From contig JAVJOU010000003.1 of the NCBI GenBank assembly GCA_040216635.1, positions 87,175 through 119,174 of the forward strand: 32,000 nucleotides of DNA, given 5' to 3'. Source of the stretch: Rhodospirillales bacterium (lineage in GTDB: Bacteria > Pseudomonadota > Alphaproteobacteria > Rhodospirillales > Casp-alpha2). Below are positions 23,422 through 32,000 of this stretch, piece after piece (positions within the stretch are counted from its first letter, which is position 1; every line of letters starts with the position of its first letter). The translations under genes were made by a program, and so were the position numbers. Below the pieces are notes generated by a model. That model was not told the origin of the DNA and searched no databases. It saw nothing but the letters and a program-made list of their open reading frames with translations.

Positions 23422-24573
23422 ATGAAAGTACGTGGACTTATTATGGCTGGCGCAGTGGCTGTTGCCGCGATCTGGCCGCACCAGGGCAAAGCGGATGACA
23501 TCAAGCTGCCCGATACTCTGGCATGGTCGGCTTACGGTACGAAATCGACGGGCTATGCCCAGGCCGTCGCCATCGGCAAAGCGTTGAAGGACAGCTTCGG
23601 CGTTTCTCTTCGCATCGTGCCCGGCAAGAACGACATTTCCCGCCTGACACCGCTGATGACCGACAAGGTTCAGTTCTCGGCCAACGGTTCCGGCACTTAT
23701 TTCGCATCCGAAGGGGTGTTCAATTTCGCGACCAAGGATTGGGGGCCGCAGCCCCTGCGCCTGCTGATGTCGGCCACGTCCGATGCCAACCTGTCCGTGG
23801 CGACGGCGGCCGATGCCAACATCAAGACGCCGAAGGACCTGAAGGGCAAACGCGTTGCCTACGTGCGCTCGTCCCCGGCCCTGGTCATCGGGGTCGAGGC
23901 CATGCTGGCCTTCGCTGACCTGACCTGGGATGACGTCGAAAAGGTGGAGTTCTCGGGCTATGCCGCATCGTGGAAAGGCATGGTCAACGGCCAGGTCGAT
24001 GCCGCGTTCGGGTCCACGGTTACGGGCCCGTCCAAGAATTTGGAAGCCTCGCCGCGCGGTATTTACTGGCCGCCGATGGCGCATGACGACGAAGCGGGCT
24101 GGAAACGTCTGATGGCCAAGGCACCCTATTTCGTCAAACACGTGGCCACCCTGGGGACCGGCATTTCGGCGGACAAGCCGCATGTGGGCGGGGCCTATCC
24201 TTATCCGATCCTGATTACCCGCGCCGACCAGGACGCGGCCCTGGTCTATTCCATGACCAAAGCCATCCATTCCAAGTACGACAGCTTTAAGGATGCCATG
24301 AAGGCCATGAAGGGCTGGGCGCTGGAAAACCAAGCCTTCATGTGGTCCGTGCCCTATCACGATGCGGCGGTGAAGTATTGGAAGGAAGCGGGCGCCTGGA
24401 CCGACGCCATGGATCAGCACAACCGGATGCTGATCAAGCGCCAAGACGTGTTGGCGGCGGCTTGGAAAGAGATGTTGGCCAAGGACGTTGCCGAAGACGC
24501 CTTCAAGAACGCATGGATGAAGGTGCGGGCGGCGGCCCTTGAAAAGGCCGGTTTCGATCCCGTCTGGAAATAA
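23422..24573 (+). CDS. TRAP transporter solute-binding protein, TAXI family
   Basis: Signal peptide MKVRGLIMAGAVAVAAIW. TGYAQAVAIGKALKDSFGVSLRIVPGKNDISRLTPL is TAXI-like. ggagga RBS. Confidence 0.85.
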   Translation: MKVRGLIMAGAVAVAAIWPHQGKADDIKLPDTLAWSAYGTKSTGYAQAVAIGKALKDSFGVSLRIVPGKNDISRLTPLMTDKVQFSANGSGTYFASEGVFNFATKDWGPQPLRLLMSATSDANLSVATAADANIKTPKDLKGKRVAYVRSSPALVIGVEAMLAFADLTWDDVEKVEFSGYAASWKGMVNGQVDAAFGSTVTGPSKNLEASPRGIYWPPMAHDDEAGWKRLMAKAPYFVKHVATLGTGISADKPHVGGAYPYPILITRADQDAALVYSMTKAIHSKYDSFKDAMKAMKGWALENQAFMWSVPYHDAAVKYWKEAGAWTDAMDQHNRMLIKRQDVLAAAWKEMLAKDVAEDAFKNAWMKVRAAALEKAGFDPVWK

Positions 24574-24585
24574 CCGGCAAGACCC

Positions 24586-26580
24586 GTGAATACTTCATCC
24601 GACGGCACGATACAGGCCGAAACACCGGTGGCGGGTTCCGCCCGCCACCGGGCCTTGCCGCCGGTCTGGCGTGGGGCGGTGCTGTTTCTGACGGTGGTCG
24701 CCTGCTTCCTGTCGGTGAACCACATTTTCAACCTGGGTTTCTTCACCGGCCAGGTGCTGCTGGACAATCAATACCAATACGCCCTGGTGGGCCTGTTGGT
24801 GCCCATTGTTTTTCTGATCTTCCCGGCAACGTCAAACAGCGCCATGGACCGCATTCCCTGGTGGGATGCGGTGCTGGCGACCACGTTCTTTGCCATCGTC
24901 GTGTTCTTTTTCGTTCAGGGCGAACAGATCGTCGACAAGGGTTGGGAAATGGGGGCGCCGGCGCCGGTGACCTGGGCGGGCTATGTGCTTTGGCTGCTGG
25001 TGTTGGAAGCAACCCGCCGGGCGGGCGGCATGGCGCTGTTCGTCATTGTTCTGGTGATTTCCCTTTATCCCCTGTTCGCCGACAAGATGCCGGGGCCGAT
25101 TTCGGGCCTGTCCAGCACGCTTGCCGAAACGACCGCCTATCACATGATGTCGAACGAAAGCATCCTGGGCATTCCCATGCAGGCGCTCGCCAATCTGGTG
25201 ATCGGCTTTCTGATTTTCGGTGTTGCCCTGACGCGTACGGGCGGCGGCCGGTTTTTCATCGATCTGGCGTTTTCCCTTTTGGGCCATGTGCGGGGCGGGC
25301 CGGCCAAGGTCGCGATTTTTGCCTCGGGCCTGATGGGCTCCATGTCGGGCTCCGTGATTTCCAATGTCATCACGACCGGGGTGATGACCATCCCGGCGAT
25401 GCGGCGCACCGGATTCCGTCCATCCTATGCGGCGGGAGTCGAAGCCTGTGCCTCGACGGGCGGGGTGTTGATGCCGCCGGTCATGGGGGCGACGGCGTTC
25501 ATCATGGCCGTGTTCCTGAACGTGCCCTACATCGATATTGCGATCGCTGCGATCCTGCCGTCGGCCCTTTATTACCTGGGTCTGTTCGTGCAGATCGACG
25601 CGTTTGCGGCGCGTCAAAAGATGCCGGGCCTGACCCGTGCGGACCTTCCGGACCTGAGAGCAACATTGAAGGAAGGCTGGTACTTCATCTTCGTGTTCGT
25701 GCTGCTGGTCGTGATGCTGGTCTATCTGAAGCGCGAGGTGTTCGCGCCCTATTACGCCACGGTCCTGCTGATCGGCATCAATCAGGTCGTATCATCCGAC
25801 AAATGGGGATGGCCGGAATTGCGCGCCTTCATCGCCGCCGTCGGCGTGCTGCTGGCGGAAATCACGGCGATCTTGGCCGGTGTCGGCCTGATCGTCGGGG
25901 CCCTGTCGATTTCCGGCATGGCGGGAACGCTGGTTAACGACCTGTTGTTCCTGGCCGGGGGCAATACCCTGGTGCTGCTGGCCATGGGGGCGCTGACCAG
26001 TTTTATCCTGGGCATCGGCATGACGGTGACGGCGGCTTATATCTTCTTGGCGATCGTGCTGGCCCCGGCCTTGGTGCAGGGCGGGCTCAATCCCATGGCC
26101 GTACACCTGTTCATTCTGTACTGGGGCATGGTGTCTTACATCACGCCGCCGGTGGCATTGGGTGCTTATGCGGCGGCCTCCGTCGCGGGGGCCAATGCCA
26201 TGCGCACCGGGTTCGAAGCCATGCGCCTGGGCTCCATCATCTATTTCGTGCCGTTCTTTTTCGTGCTCGATCCGGCGTTTATTCTGGATGCCGGATGGGA
26301 CCGCATTCTTTACGTCGGGATCGAAGCGGCCATCGGCACGGTGATGATTGCGGGCGCACTGCAGGGCTATCTGGTGGGGGTCGGCGATCTGACCCGTCAC
26401 CCGCTGCTGGCCTGGCCGGCACGCATTCTCGTGTTCGCGGCGGGTCTGTTGCTGGCGACGCCGGGCGACAGCGTGCTGATCCCGACCAGCGATTTGGAAC
26501 TGACCATCGTATCCGTGATCTGCCTGGCCTTGGGGGCTGTTTGTGCCCGGGTCGGGCAGGCCCAAGCTCGTGCCCAATAA
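24586..26580 (+). CDS. TRAP transporter fused permease (TAXI-associated 4TM/12TM type)
   Basis: A 664-aa polytopic membrane protein immediately downstream of the TAXI receptor, with DctM-like segments (GGPAKVAIFASGLMGSMSGSVISNV). Confidence 0.85.
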   Translation: MNTSSDGTIQAETPVAGSARHRALPPVWRGAVLFLTVVACFLSVNHIFNLGFFTGQVLLDNQYQYALVGLLVPIVFLIFPATSNSAMDRIPWWDAVLATTFFAIVVFFFVQGEQIVDKGWEMGAPAPVTWAGYVLWLLVLEATRRAGGMALFVIVLVISLYPLFADKMPGPISGLSSTLAETTAYHMMSNESILGIPMQALANLVIGFLIFGVALTRTGGGRFFIDLAFSLLGHVRGGPAKVAIFASGLMGSMSGSVISNVITTGVMTIPAMRRTGFRPSYAAGVEACASTGGVLMPPVMGATAFIMAVFLNVPYIDIAIAAILPSALYYLGLFVQIDAFAARQKMPGLTRADLPDLRATLKEGWYFIFVFVLLVVMLVYLKREVFAPYYATVLLIGINQVVSSDKWGWPELRAFIAAVGVLLAEITAILAGVGLIVGALSISGMAGTLVNDLLFLAGGNTLVLLAMGALTSFILGIGMTVTAAYIFLAIVLAPALVQGGLNPMAVHLFILYWGMVSYITPPVALGAYAAASVAGANAMRTGFEAMRLGSIIYFVPFFFVLDPAFILDAGWDRILYVGIEAAIGTVMIAGALQGYLVGVGDLTRHPLLAWPARILVFAAGLLLATPGDSVLIPTSDLELTIVSVICLALGAVCARVGQAQARAQ

Positions 26581-26598
26581 GACGAGGAGGTATCTGAA

Positions 26599-27807
26599 TT
26601 GGATTTGAATCTCACCCCCGAGGAAAAAGCCTTTCAGGACGAGGTGCGCACATTTCTGCGCGCGAACATTCCGCCGGAAACCAAACGCAAGGTCGATCTC
26701 GGCCTGAAACTGGTCAAGGACGACTATGTCGTCTGGCAGCGCATCCTGCATGAACAGGGCTGGATCGCGCCCAGTTGGCCCAAGGAATACGGTGGGCCCG
26801 GCTGGTCGCCCGTGCAGCGCTATCTGTACGAAGAAGAACTGGCGGCGGCGTCCAGCCCACGCCTGATTACCTTCGGGTTGAAGATGCTGGGCCCGGTGCT
26901 GATCGAATTCGGCACGCCGGAACAAAAGGCGCATTACCTGCCGCGCATCCTGGCCAGCGAGGATTGGTGGTGTCAGGGATTTTCCGAACCGGGGGCGGGA
27001 TCGGATCTGGCGTCATTGACCACCCGCGCGGTGCGGGACGGCGATCATTACGTGGTCAACGGGCAGAAGACCTGGACCACCCTGGCGCAATACGCGGATT
27101 GGATTTTCTGTCTGGTCCGAACCTCGACCGAAGGCAAGAAGCAGCAGGGCATTTCGTTCCTGCTGATCGACATGAAAACGCCGGGCGTGACCGTGCGACC
27201 GATCAAGACATTGGACGGCGGCCAGGAAATCAATGACGTGTTTCTGGAGAACGTGCGTGTGCCGGCGGAAAACCTGGTCGGCAAGGAAAACGACGGCTGG
27301 ACCATTGCCAAGTTTCTGCTGGGGCATGAACGGTTCGGCATTGCCGGTGTCGCGCGCTCCAAGAAACAAATGGAACGGGTGCGTGAGATCGCGTCCAAGG
27401 AATTAAAACGGGGCCGTCCGCTGATCGAGGATGCCCGGTTCCGTGAACGTATGGCCGAGGTCGAGATCGAACTGACGGCCCTGGAAATGACGGAACTGCG
27501 CCTGTTGTCCGAAGAAGCCGCCGGGCGCAAACCGGGGCCGGAGGCGTCGATCCTCAAACTGAAGGGCACCCAAGTGCAGCAGGGTGTTACGGAACTGTTG
27601 CTGGAAGCGGTCGGCAACCGGGCCCATGTGTTCGATCCCGGAATTCTGGAAGACGAATGGCCGGGTGCCGCCAACGATGGGCCGCCCGTGCCGGAACATG
27701 CGGCGACCGTGGCCAGCCATTATTTCAACTGGCGCAAGGCGTCGATCTACGGCGGCAGCAACGAGATCCAACGCAGCATCATCGCCAAGGCGATCCTGGG
27801 GTTTTGA
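26599..27807 (+). CDS. Acyl-CoA dehydrogenase family protein
   Basis: WCQGFSEPGAGSDLASL..., DGDHYVVNGQKTWTT and the C-terminal IYGGSNEIQRSIIAK. TTG start lies 8 nt after gaggagg. Confidence 0.85.
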   Translation: MDLNLTPEEKAFQDEVRTFLRANIPPETKRKVDLGLKLVKDDYVVWQRILHEQGWIAPSWPKEYGGPGWSPVQRYLYEEELAAASSPRLITFGLKMLGPVLIEFGTPEQKAHYLPRILASEDWWCQGFSEPGAGSDLASLTTRAVRDGDHYVVNGQKTWTTLAQYADWIFCLVRTSTEGKKQQGISFLLIDMKTPGVTVRPIKTLDGGQEINDVFLENVRVPAENLVGKENDGWTIAKFLLGHERFGIAGVARSKKQMERVREIASKELKRGRPLIEDARFRERMAEVEIELTALEMTELRLLSEEAAGRKPGPEASILKLKGTQVQQGVTELLLEAVGNRAHVFDPGILEDEWPGAANDGPPVPEHAATVASHYFNWRKASIYGGSNEIQRSIIAKAILGF

Positions 27808-27823
27808 AGGATAATACCGGACC

Positions 27824-28957
27824 ATGAATTTTACTTTCTCCGACGAACAAATCCTTATCCGCGATATGGCGGAACGTTATTTCCGGGACGATTACAGCCT
27901 GGATATCCGCCGCGACCATCAGGCCAAGCCCGGCGGTTTTTGCCGTGATACCTGGGCGCAGTTCGCGGAAATGGGCTGGCTGGCCCTGGGCATTCCCGAA
28001 GATTTGGGTGGTATCGGCGGCGGGGCGGTCGAAATGGCGATCCTGTTGGAAGCCATGGGCGGGGGCCTTGCGGTCGAACCCTATCTTTCCACTGTGGTGC
28101 TGGGCGGCAGCTTGATCCGCGAAGGGGCGGGGAACGACGTCAAAGCCGATTTTCTGCCGCACCTTGCGGGGGGAGATCTTCTGATCGCCGTTGCCTATTC
28201 GGAAGCGCAATCACGCTACGATCTGAACGATGTGACAGCGCGGGCCCGCGCCGACGGTGGCGGCTTCATCATCGACGGGACCAAGACGGTCGCCCTTCAT
28301 GCCGGGACGGCGGACAAGATCATCGTGACGGCGCGAACCGCGGGCGATGACCGCGACGAAGACGGCATCACCCTGTTCCTGATCGATGCCGATGCGCCGG
28401 GGGTGGCGGTGGCCGAGTATCCGACCGTCGACGGCATGCGCGCGGGCGATGTGGTGTTGCAAGGCGTCAGGGTCGATGCGGCTGCCGTCCTGGGTGAAAC
28501 CGGCAAGGGATTTCCGCTGATCGAGGCGGCGGTCGACCGGGCGGCGTCCCTGGTGACGGCCGAGGCGGCGGGGGTGATGGAAGCCCTGACGCGCGGCACG
28601 GTCGACTATCTGAAGGAACGCAAACAGTTCGGCCGCCCGCTCGGCGATTTCCAGGCCCTGCAGCATCGGGTGACGGAAATGTACATGGAAACGGAACTGA
28701 CGCGCTCGCTCGCCTATATGGCGGCCGTGCGCCAGGACGGCGGCGACCGGGCAGCCGCCCGCCGGGCGGCATCACAGGCCAAGGCCAAGGCCGGACAGGC
28801 GGGCCGCCTGATCGGCCAGGAAGCGATTCAATTGCACGGCGGGATGGGGGTGACGGACGAAATGGCCGTCAGCCACTATTTCAAACGCCTGACCCTCATC
28901 GACCATACCTTTGGCGACGGCGCCCACCATCTTGAACGATTGGCGGATATGACGTGA
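27824..28957 (+). CDS. Acyl-CoA dehydrogenase family protein (partner subunit candidate)
   Basis: ACAD fold pattern (FIIDGTKTV..., RKQFGRPLGDFQALQHRV, QLHGGMGVTDE). It starts 16 nt after the previous ACAD. Confidence 0.85.
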   Translation: MNFTFSDEQILIRDMAERYFRDDYSLDIRRDHQAKPGGFCRDTWAQFAEMGWLALGIPEDLGGIGGGAVEMAILLEAMGGGLAVEPYLSTVVLGGSLIREGAGNDVKADFLPHLAGGDLLIAVAYSEAQSRYDLNDVTARARADGGGFIIDGTKTVALHAGTADKIIVTARTAGDDRDEDGITLFLIDADAPGVAVAEYPTVDGMRAGDVVLQGVRVDAAAVLGETGKGFPLIEAAVDRAASLVTAEAAGVMEALTRGTVDYLKERKQFGRPLGDFQALQHRVTEMYMETELTRSLAYMAAVRQDGGDRAAARRAASQAKAKAGQAGRLIGQEAIQLHGGMGVTDEMAVSHYFKRLTLIDHTFGDGAHHLERLADMT

Positions 28958-29568
28958 TCGCAGCGAACGACCGTGAGCTGGCCCTGTTGGCTCTGCTGTG
29001 GCTGGCGGCTTTGGCCCTGTCCGCCGTGGGCGTGGCCGACCGGGTAACCTGGTTCTTGGAAGTCGTTCCGGTGATGGCCGCATTGCCGTTGATGATGGCG
29101 ACACGCAGCCGCTTTCCCCTGACGCTGCTGTTGTACCGGTTGGCCTTCCTGCATGGCCTGGTGCTGATCCTGGGCGGTCATTACACCTATGCCCAGGTGC
29201 CGTTGGGGTTCTGGCTGCAGGATGTATTCGACCTTGCCCGCAATCCCTATGACCGCATCGGGCATTTCTTCCAGGGCTTCGTGCCCGCGATCCTGGCGCG
29301 GGAAATTCTGATCCGGAAAGAGGTTATGGCGCGGGGCAAAATGCTGTTCTTCGTCGTGGCCTGTATTTGCCTCGCGTTCAGCGCGTTCTACGAACTGATC
29401 GAATGGTGGGCAGCGGTGATCCTGGGGCAGGGGGCCGACGACTTCCTGGGCACGCAGGGGGATGTTTGGGATACCCAATGGGACATGTTCATGGCCCTTG
29501 TGGGCGCGGTTTTGGCGCAGATTCTGCTGGCCCGGCGCCATGATCACGAGATCGCGAATATCAGATAA
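28954..29568 (+). CDS. DUF2238 (YjdF-like) inner membrane protein
   Basis: GGHYTYAQVPLG...NPYDRIGHFFQGFVPAIL.RE...AFYELIEWW...FLGTQGDVWDTQWDM is the characteristic YjdF-family pattern. GTGA overlap with the upstream stop. Confidence 0.7.
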   Translation: MIAANDRELALLALLWLAALALSAVGVADRVTWFLEVVPVMAALPLMMATRSRFPLTLLLYRLAFLHGLVLILGGHYTYAQVPLGFWLQDVFDLARNPYDRIGHFFQGFVPAILAREILIRKEVMARGKMLFFVVACICLAFSAFYELIEWWAAVILGQGADDFLGTQGDVWDTQWDMFMALVGAVLAQILLARRHDHEIANIR

Positions 29569-29637
29569 TGCTGATTTCGCGGGCGACGGTTCCGTGACAT
29601 AATCATCTCAGAATCACCAATTTGGGAGGCTGACGCC

Positions 29638-29883
29638 ATGAAGAAGCTTATCCTGTCCGTTGCGGCTGCAATCCTGCTTGCCGCATCACCGGCCTATGCC
29701 GGTTCATGCCCGAAAATCATGAAGCAATTTGACGCGGCGGTGTCCAAGTCAAATGCTTCTGCCGAGAACAAGACGAAGGCGATGGCCCTTCGTGCAGAAG
29801 GCGAAGCCATGCACAAGGCCGGTAAGCATGCCGAGAGCGTCAAGGCGCTGAATGACGCCATGAAGCTTATTAGCGGGATGTAG
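29638..29883 (+). CDS. Small secreted helical protein (81 aa)
   Basis: gggagg RBS. Signal peptide MKKLILSVAAAILLAASPAYA. A strong terminator follows. Confidence 0.6.
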   Translation: MKKLILSVAAAILLAASPAYAGSCPKIMKQFDAAVSKSNASAENKTKAMALRAEGEAMHKAGKHAESVKALNDAMKLISGM

Positions 29884-29918
29884 CGCCACGCAATCGTCGC
29901 ATCACCGATATCAATGCC

Positions 29919-29949
29919 GAACCGGCCCTTCGGGGCCGGTTCCTTTTTC
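29919..29949 (+). terminator. Rho-independent terminator
   Basis: gaaccggccc-ttcg-gggccggttc: a perfect 10-bp stem followed by ctttttc. Confidence 0.7.
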
Positions 29950-29981
29950 GCCCTTCCGCCAACAAGATCAGAGCCCAGCCC

Positions 29982-31121
29982 ATGACCATCAAATCCATTG
30001 AAATTCTCCGCGTCGGTATTCCGTTCGACACCGACGGCCCGCGCCAGGGCATGCGCCCGGGCCTTAACACCAATATCTGGCTGGTCAATGAATCCCTGAT
30101 GGTCCGGGTTGAAACCGAGGACGGCCTGGAGGGCTGGGGCGAAGGTTTCGGCCACTTCGGCAACCCGGGGACGGAAGCCTTGCTGAAGGAACTGATCGCC
30201 CCCTGGTTCATCGGCCGGGATGAAACGGATTTGGATGCCTTGATGAACGAGGCGCATCGTTCGTTTTTCGGCTTCGGCCGTCACGGGCCCTGCATGTATG
30301 CCTTATCGGCGATGGATATCGCGCTTTGGGATTTGGCCGCGAAACGAGCGGGCAAACCGCTTTACCAGATGCTGGGTGGGCCCGAAGGGGATGTCACGAT
30401 CACCCGCTATGCCAGCCTGATGCGCTACGGCGGTGATCTGGATGCCGTTGCGCGCAATACGGAAAAGGCCGTGAACCTGGGCTTTCCCATGGTCAAGCTG
30501 CATGAACGCGACATGCCGTCGTTCATGGCGGCCAGGGAAGCCGCCCCCGAACAGGTCGCGGTCACGCTGGACGTCAATTGCCCCTGGTCGGTCAACGAGG
30601 CCTGCAGCGTGGCCCGTGAATTAAAGGAACGGGAACACATCAAGGGCGGTTTCCTGTGGCTGGAAGAACCGGTCTGGCCGCCCGAGGATTTCGAAGGCCT
30701 TGCCCGCGTGCGGGCCGAAGGCACGGCGGTTTCCGGCGGTGAGAACATCGGCTCTTTGACCGAATTCGCCCGCGCCATCAAAGACGGGGCCTTCGACATC
30801 ATTCAACCCTCGATCGCCAAGATGGGCGGGGTGTCGGCCGCCAAGGAGGTCTTTCCGATGGGCCGGGCCGCGGGGCTCCGCGTGATGCCGCATAGTTTCT
30901 ATTGGGGGCCGGGCTATGTGGCGACGGCGCATCTGTTGGCCGCGCAACCGGAACCGGATTGGCTGGAAACCGCGTTTATCGAATACGAAGAGAATCCCCA
31001 CGACCTGATCGATCCGTTCGCGGCGACGGTCACGCTTTCTTCCGGCCGCCCCGGTTTGGGGTTCAATCCGGACGCGGCGCGGTTCGAACGGTATGAAGTA
31101 TCCAGAACCGTCATCAGTTGA
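29982..31121 (+). CDS. Enolase-superfamily enzyme (mandelate racemase/muconate lactonizing enzyme family)
   Basis: VRVETEDGLEGWGEG, ALSAMDIALWDLAAKRAGKPLYQMLGG, LDVNCPW, LEEP and GGEN are MR/MLE hallmark segments. Confidence 0.85.
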   Translation: MTIKSIEILRVGIPFDTDGPRQGMRPGLNTNIWLVNESLMVRVETEDGLEGWGEGFGHFGNPGTEALLKELIAPWFIGRDETDLDALMNEAHRSFFGFGRHGPCMYALSAMDIALWDLAAKRAGKPLYQMLGGPEGDVTITRYASLMRYGGDLDAVARNTEKAVNLGFPMVKLHERDMPSFMAAREAAPEQVAVTLDVNCPWSVNEACSVARELKEREHIKGGFLWLEEPVWPPEDFEGLARVRAEGTAVSGGENIGSLTEFARAIKDGAFDIIQPSIAKMGGVSAAKEVFPMGRAAGLRVMPHSFYWGPGYVATAHLLAAQPEPDWLETAFIEYEENPHDLIDPFAATVTLSSGRPGLGFNPDAARFERYEVSRTVIS

Positions 31122-31163
31122 CAGCTCGTACGTTATTAAACGCAATTGGAAAGACTACTTTCG

Positions 31164-32000
31164 CTATGGTGACCCGCTGAAGGTATTGCTCAAGCGTTCC
31201 TGAAAACCGGCTTTTTCAGATTTAAATTTTTCGCCAAGCTGTTTCACGCGTTCGCCGAAGTCATCAACCTCTGTCGCATTGACAGTAATGGTCACGATCG
31301 ACACGTTGCCAATTCTGTCAGGCGCCGCAAAGTAACGCGTTGCATCAGCTGTCGGCCCGGCGGGTGTCGAAGCATTATACGCGGCAATCAGTTCGCTTTG
31401 AGACCCGCATTTGACCTTCGTTATCGCGTCTGTTTTATCGCTGGTCCGTTCGTCTTCTGCAGATCGCATCTTCAATTTCTTATAAGTGGGGAATTCGAGC
31501 TTCGCTAAGTTAGTGGTCTCGATTGTGTTGTTTTTTGTATTTAAGCGCAAATTATCGACTTTCAGCGACAGGGTGAGATCCACGTCATCATCATTGATCA
31601 ATCTGACACCGTCATCTTTGAACAGATTTGTTACGACTTCCCATGGATTCAAAACATCCACGCCAAACGGTGACAAAAGGTCAAAAGCGACGACCTTGGC
31701 TTTGCTGTAATGGAAGTCGAGGGCAATCGGTGCGACCTGAAACAGTTTGCCGTCACTGCCGGCAACCGGATCAATCCGCAGGCAATAGCTCATCGCGGTT
31801 CGGCCTTTGAGGCCTTTACTGCTGTCTTTTCCGACGATGCGGTAGAACCGAATAGCGGCAAGCCGGTTATACACCGTCATACCGCCGACTTTCTTAGGGG
31901 TATTGCCGACACCAGCCGCTTTTACGCAAAAATTATTGACCGTGATGCTTTTTGAATACCCTTGGATGAACCGCTTGCCCTCGGCCTCGATGGATTTTTC
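31164..32000 (-). CDS. Hypothetical protein, low GC, 5' end beyond the window
   Basis: The track ORF 31164..31880 stays open in frame for all 40 codons up to base 32000 (EKSIEAEGKRFIQGYSKSITVNNF...GGMTVYN...), so the true start lies outside the window. Hand counts give 35-47% GC in three 60-bp samples. Confidence 0.6.
   Translation of the reverse strand, partial: EKSIEAEGKRFIQGYSKSITVNNFCVKAAGVGNTPKKVGGMTVYNRLAAIRFYRIVGKDSSKGLKGRTAMSYCLRIDPVAGSDGKLFQVAPIALDFHYSKAKVVAFDLLSPFGVDVLNPWEVVTNLFKDDGVRLINDDDVDLTLSLKVDNLRLNTKNNTIETTNLAKLEFPTYKKLKMRSAEDERTSDKTDAITKVKCGSQSELIAAYNASTPAGPTADATRYFAAPDRIGNVSIVTITVNATEVDDFGERVKQLGEKFKSEKAGFQERLSNTFSGSP

Noticed and set aside
23395-24444. 349-aa minus-strand ORF opposite the TAXI receptor gene
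   Set aside because: It is antisense to a gene with clear family motifs. Its Arg/Gly/His/Pro-rich composition is typical of off-frame translation in high-GC DNA.
25792-26934. 380-aa minus-strand ORF, and alternative-frame ORFs 24832..25617 (-) and 24861..25937 (+), across the TRAP permease and ACAD genes
   Set aside because: They overlap well-supported genes and have low-complexity Arg/Gly/Pro/His-rich sequences with no motifs. They are artefacts of high GC.
28876-31145. Minus-strand ORFs 28876..29547, 29694..30284 and 30621..31145
   Set aside because: They are antisense to the DUF2238, small secreted protein and MR/MLE genes, which carry recognisable family motifs. Their composition is biased.
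1-32000. CRISPR arrays, rRNA genes, transposases/IS elements, reverse transcriptase/retron or DGR signatures
   Set aside because: I found no regularly spaced direct repeats, no rRNA-like sequence, no DDE or IS-type ORFs or terminal inverted repeats, and no RT motifs (YxDD) in any credible ORF.

Overview
High-GC window that looks alphaproteobacterial, judged by a GTTC-N7-GTTC SOS box and by codon style. It has three parts. (1) Bases 1-1550 are host backbone: the 3' end of a 2OG-Fe(II)-oxygenase-like gene, a lipoprotein gene, a perfect CRP-type box upstream of a small ORF, and tRNA-Met(CAU) at 1551-1627. (2) Bases 1583-17253 are a ~15.6-kb integrative element inserted in the 3' half of that tRNA. 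It is bounded by a perfect 46-bp direct repeat and has a tyrosine integrase at its right end and repeated 11-mers (candidate arm-type sites) at both ends. It carries an AlpA/excisionase-like HTH, an HNH-AP2 protein, a Prim-Pol/PriCT primase, and only part of a phage morphogenesis set: prohead protease, gp6-like connector, P27-type small terminase, HK97 gp10-like protein and tape measure. I see no large terminase, portal, major capsid, tail tube or lysis genes. Next comes an internal tRNA-Phe 3' fragment, then a cargo module. The cargo comprises an XRE regulator, an AT-rich 4-TM protein and a secreted thermonuclease in one operon; a divergent switch region; a Tat-signal-like orphan; and SOS-boxed umuDC reading into int. 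I interpret the element as a candidate phage-satellite-like or chimeric island, and as the most interesting object in the window. (3) Bases 17254-31150 are host genes: ArsR plus SRPBCC, a DHA2 MFS exporter, an ammonium-transporter/histidine-kinase fusion, IclR, a TAXI-TRAP transporter, two acyl-CoA dehydrogenases, DUF2238 and an enolase-superfamily enzyme. A low-GC ORF of unknown function (31164 to beyond 32000, minus strand) runs off the right edge. No CRISPR array, rRNA or transposase was seen. All functional calls rest on motif recognition by eye, not on database searches.
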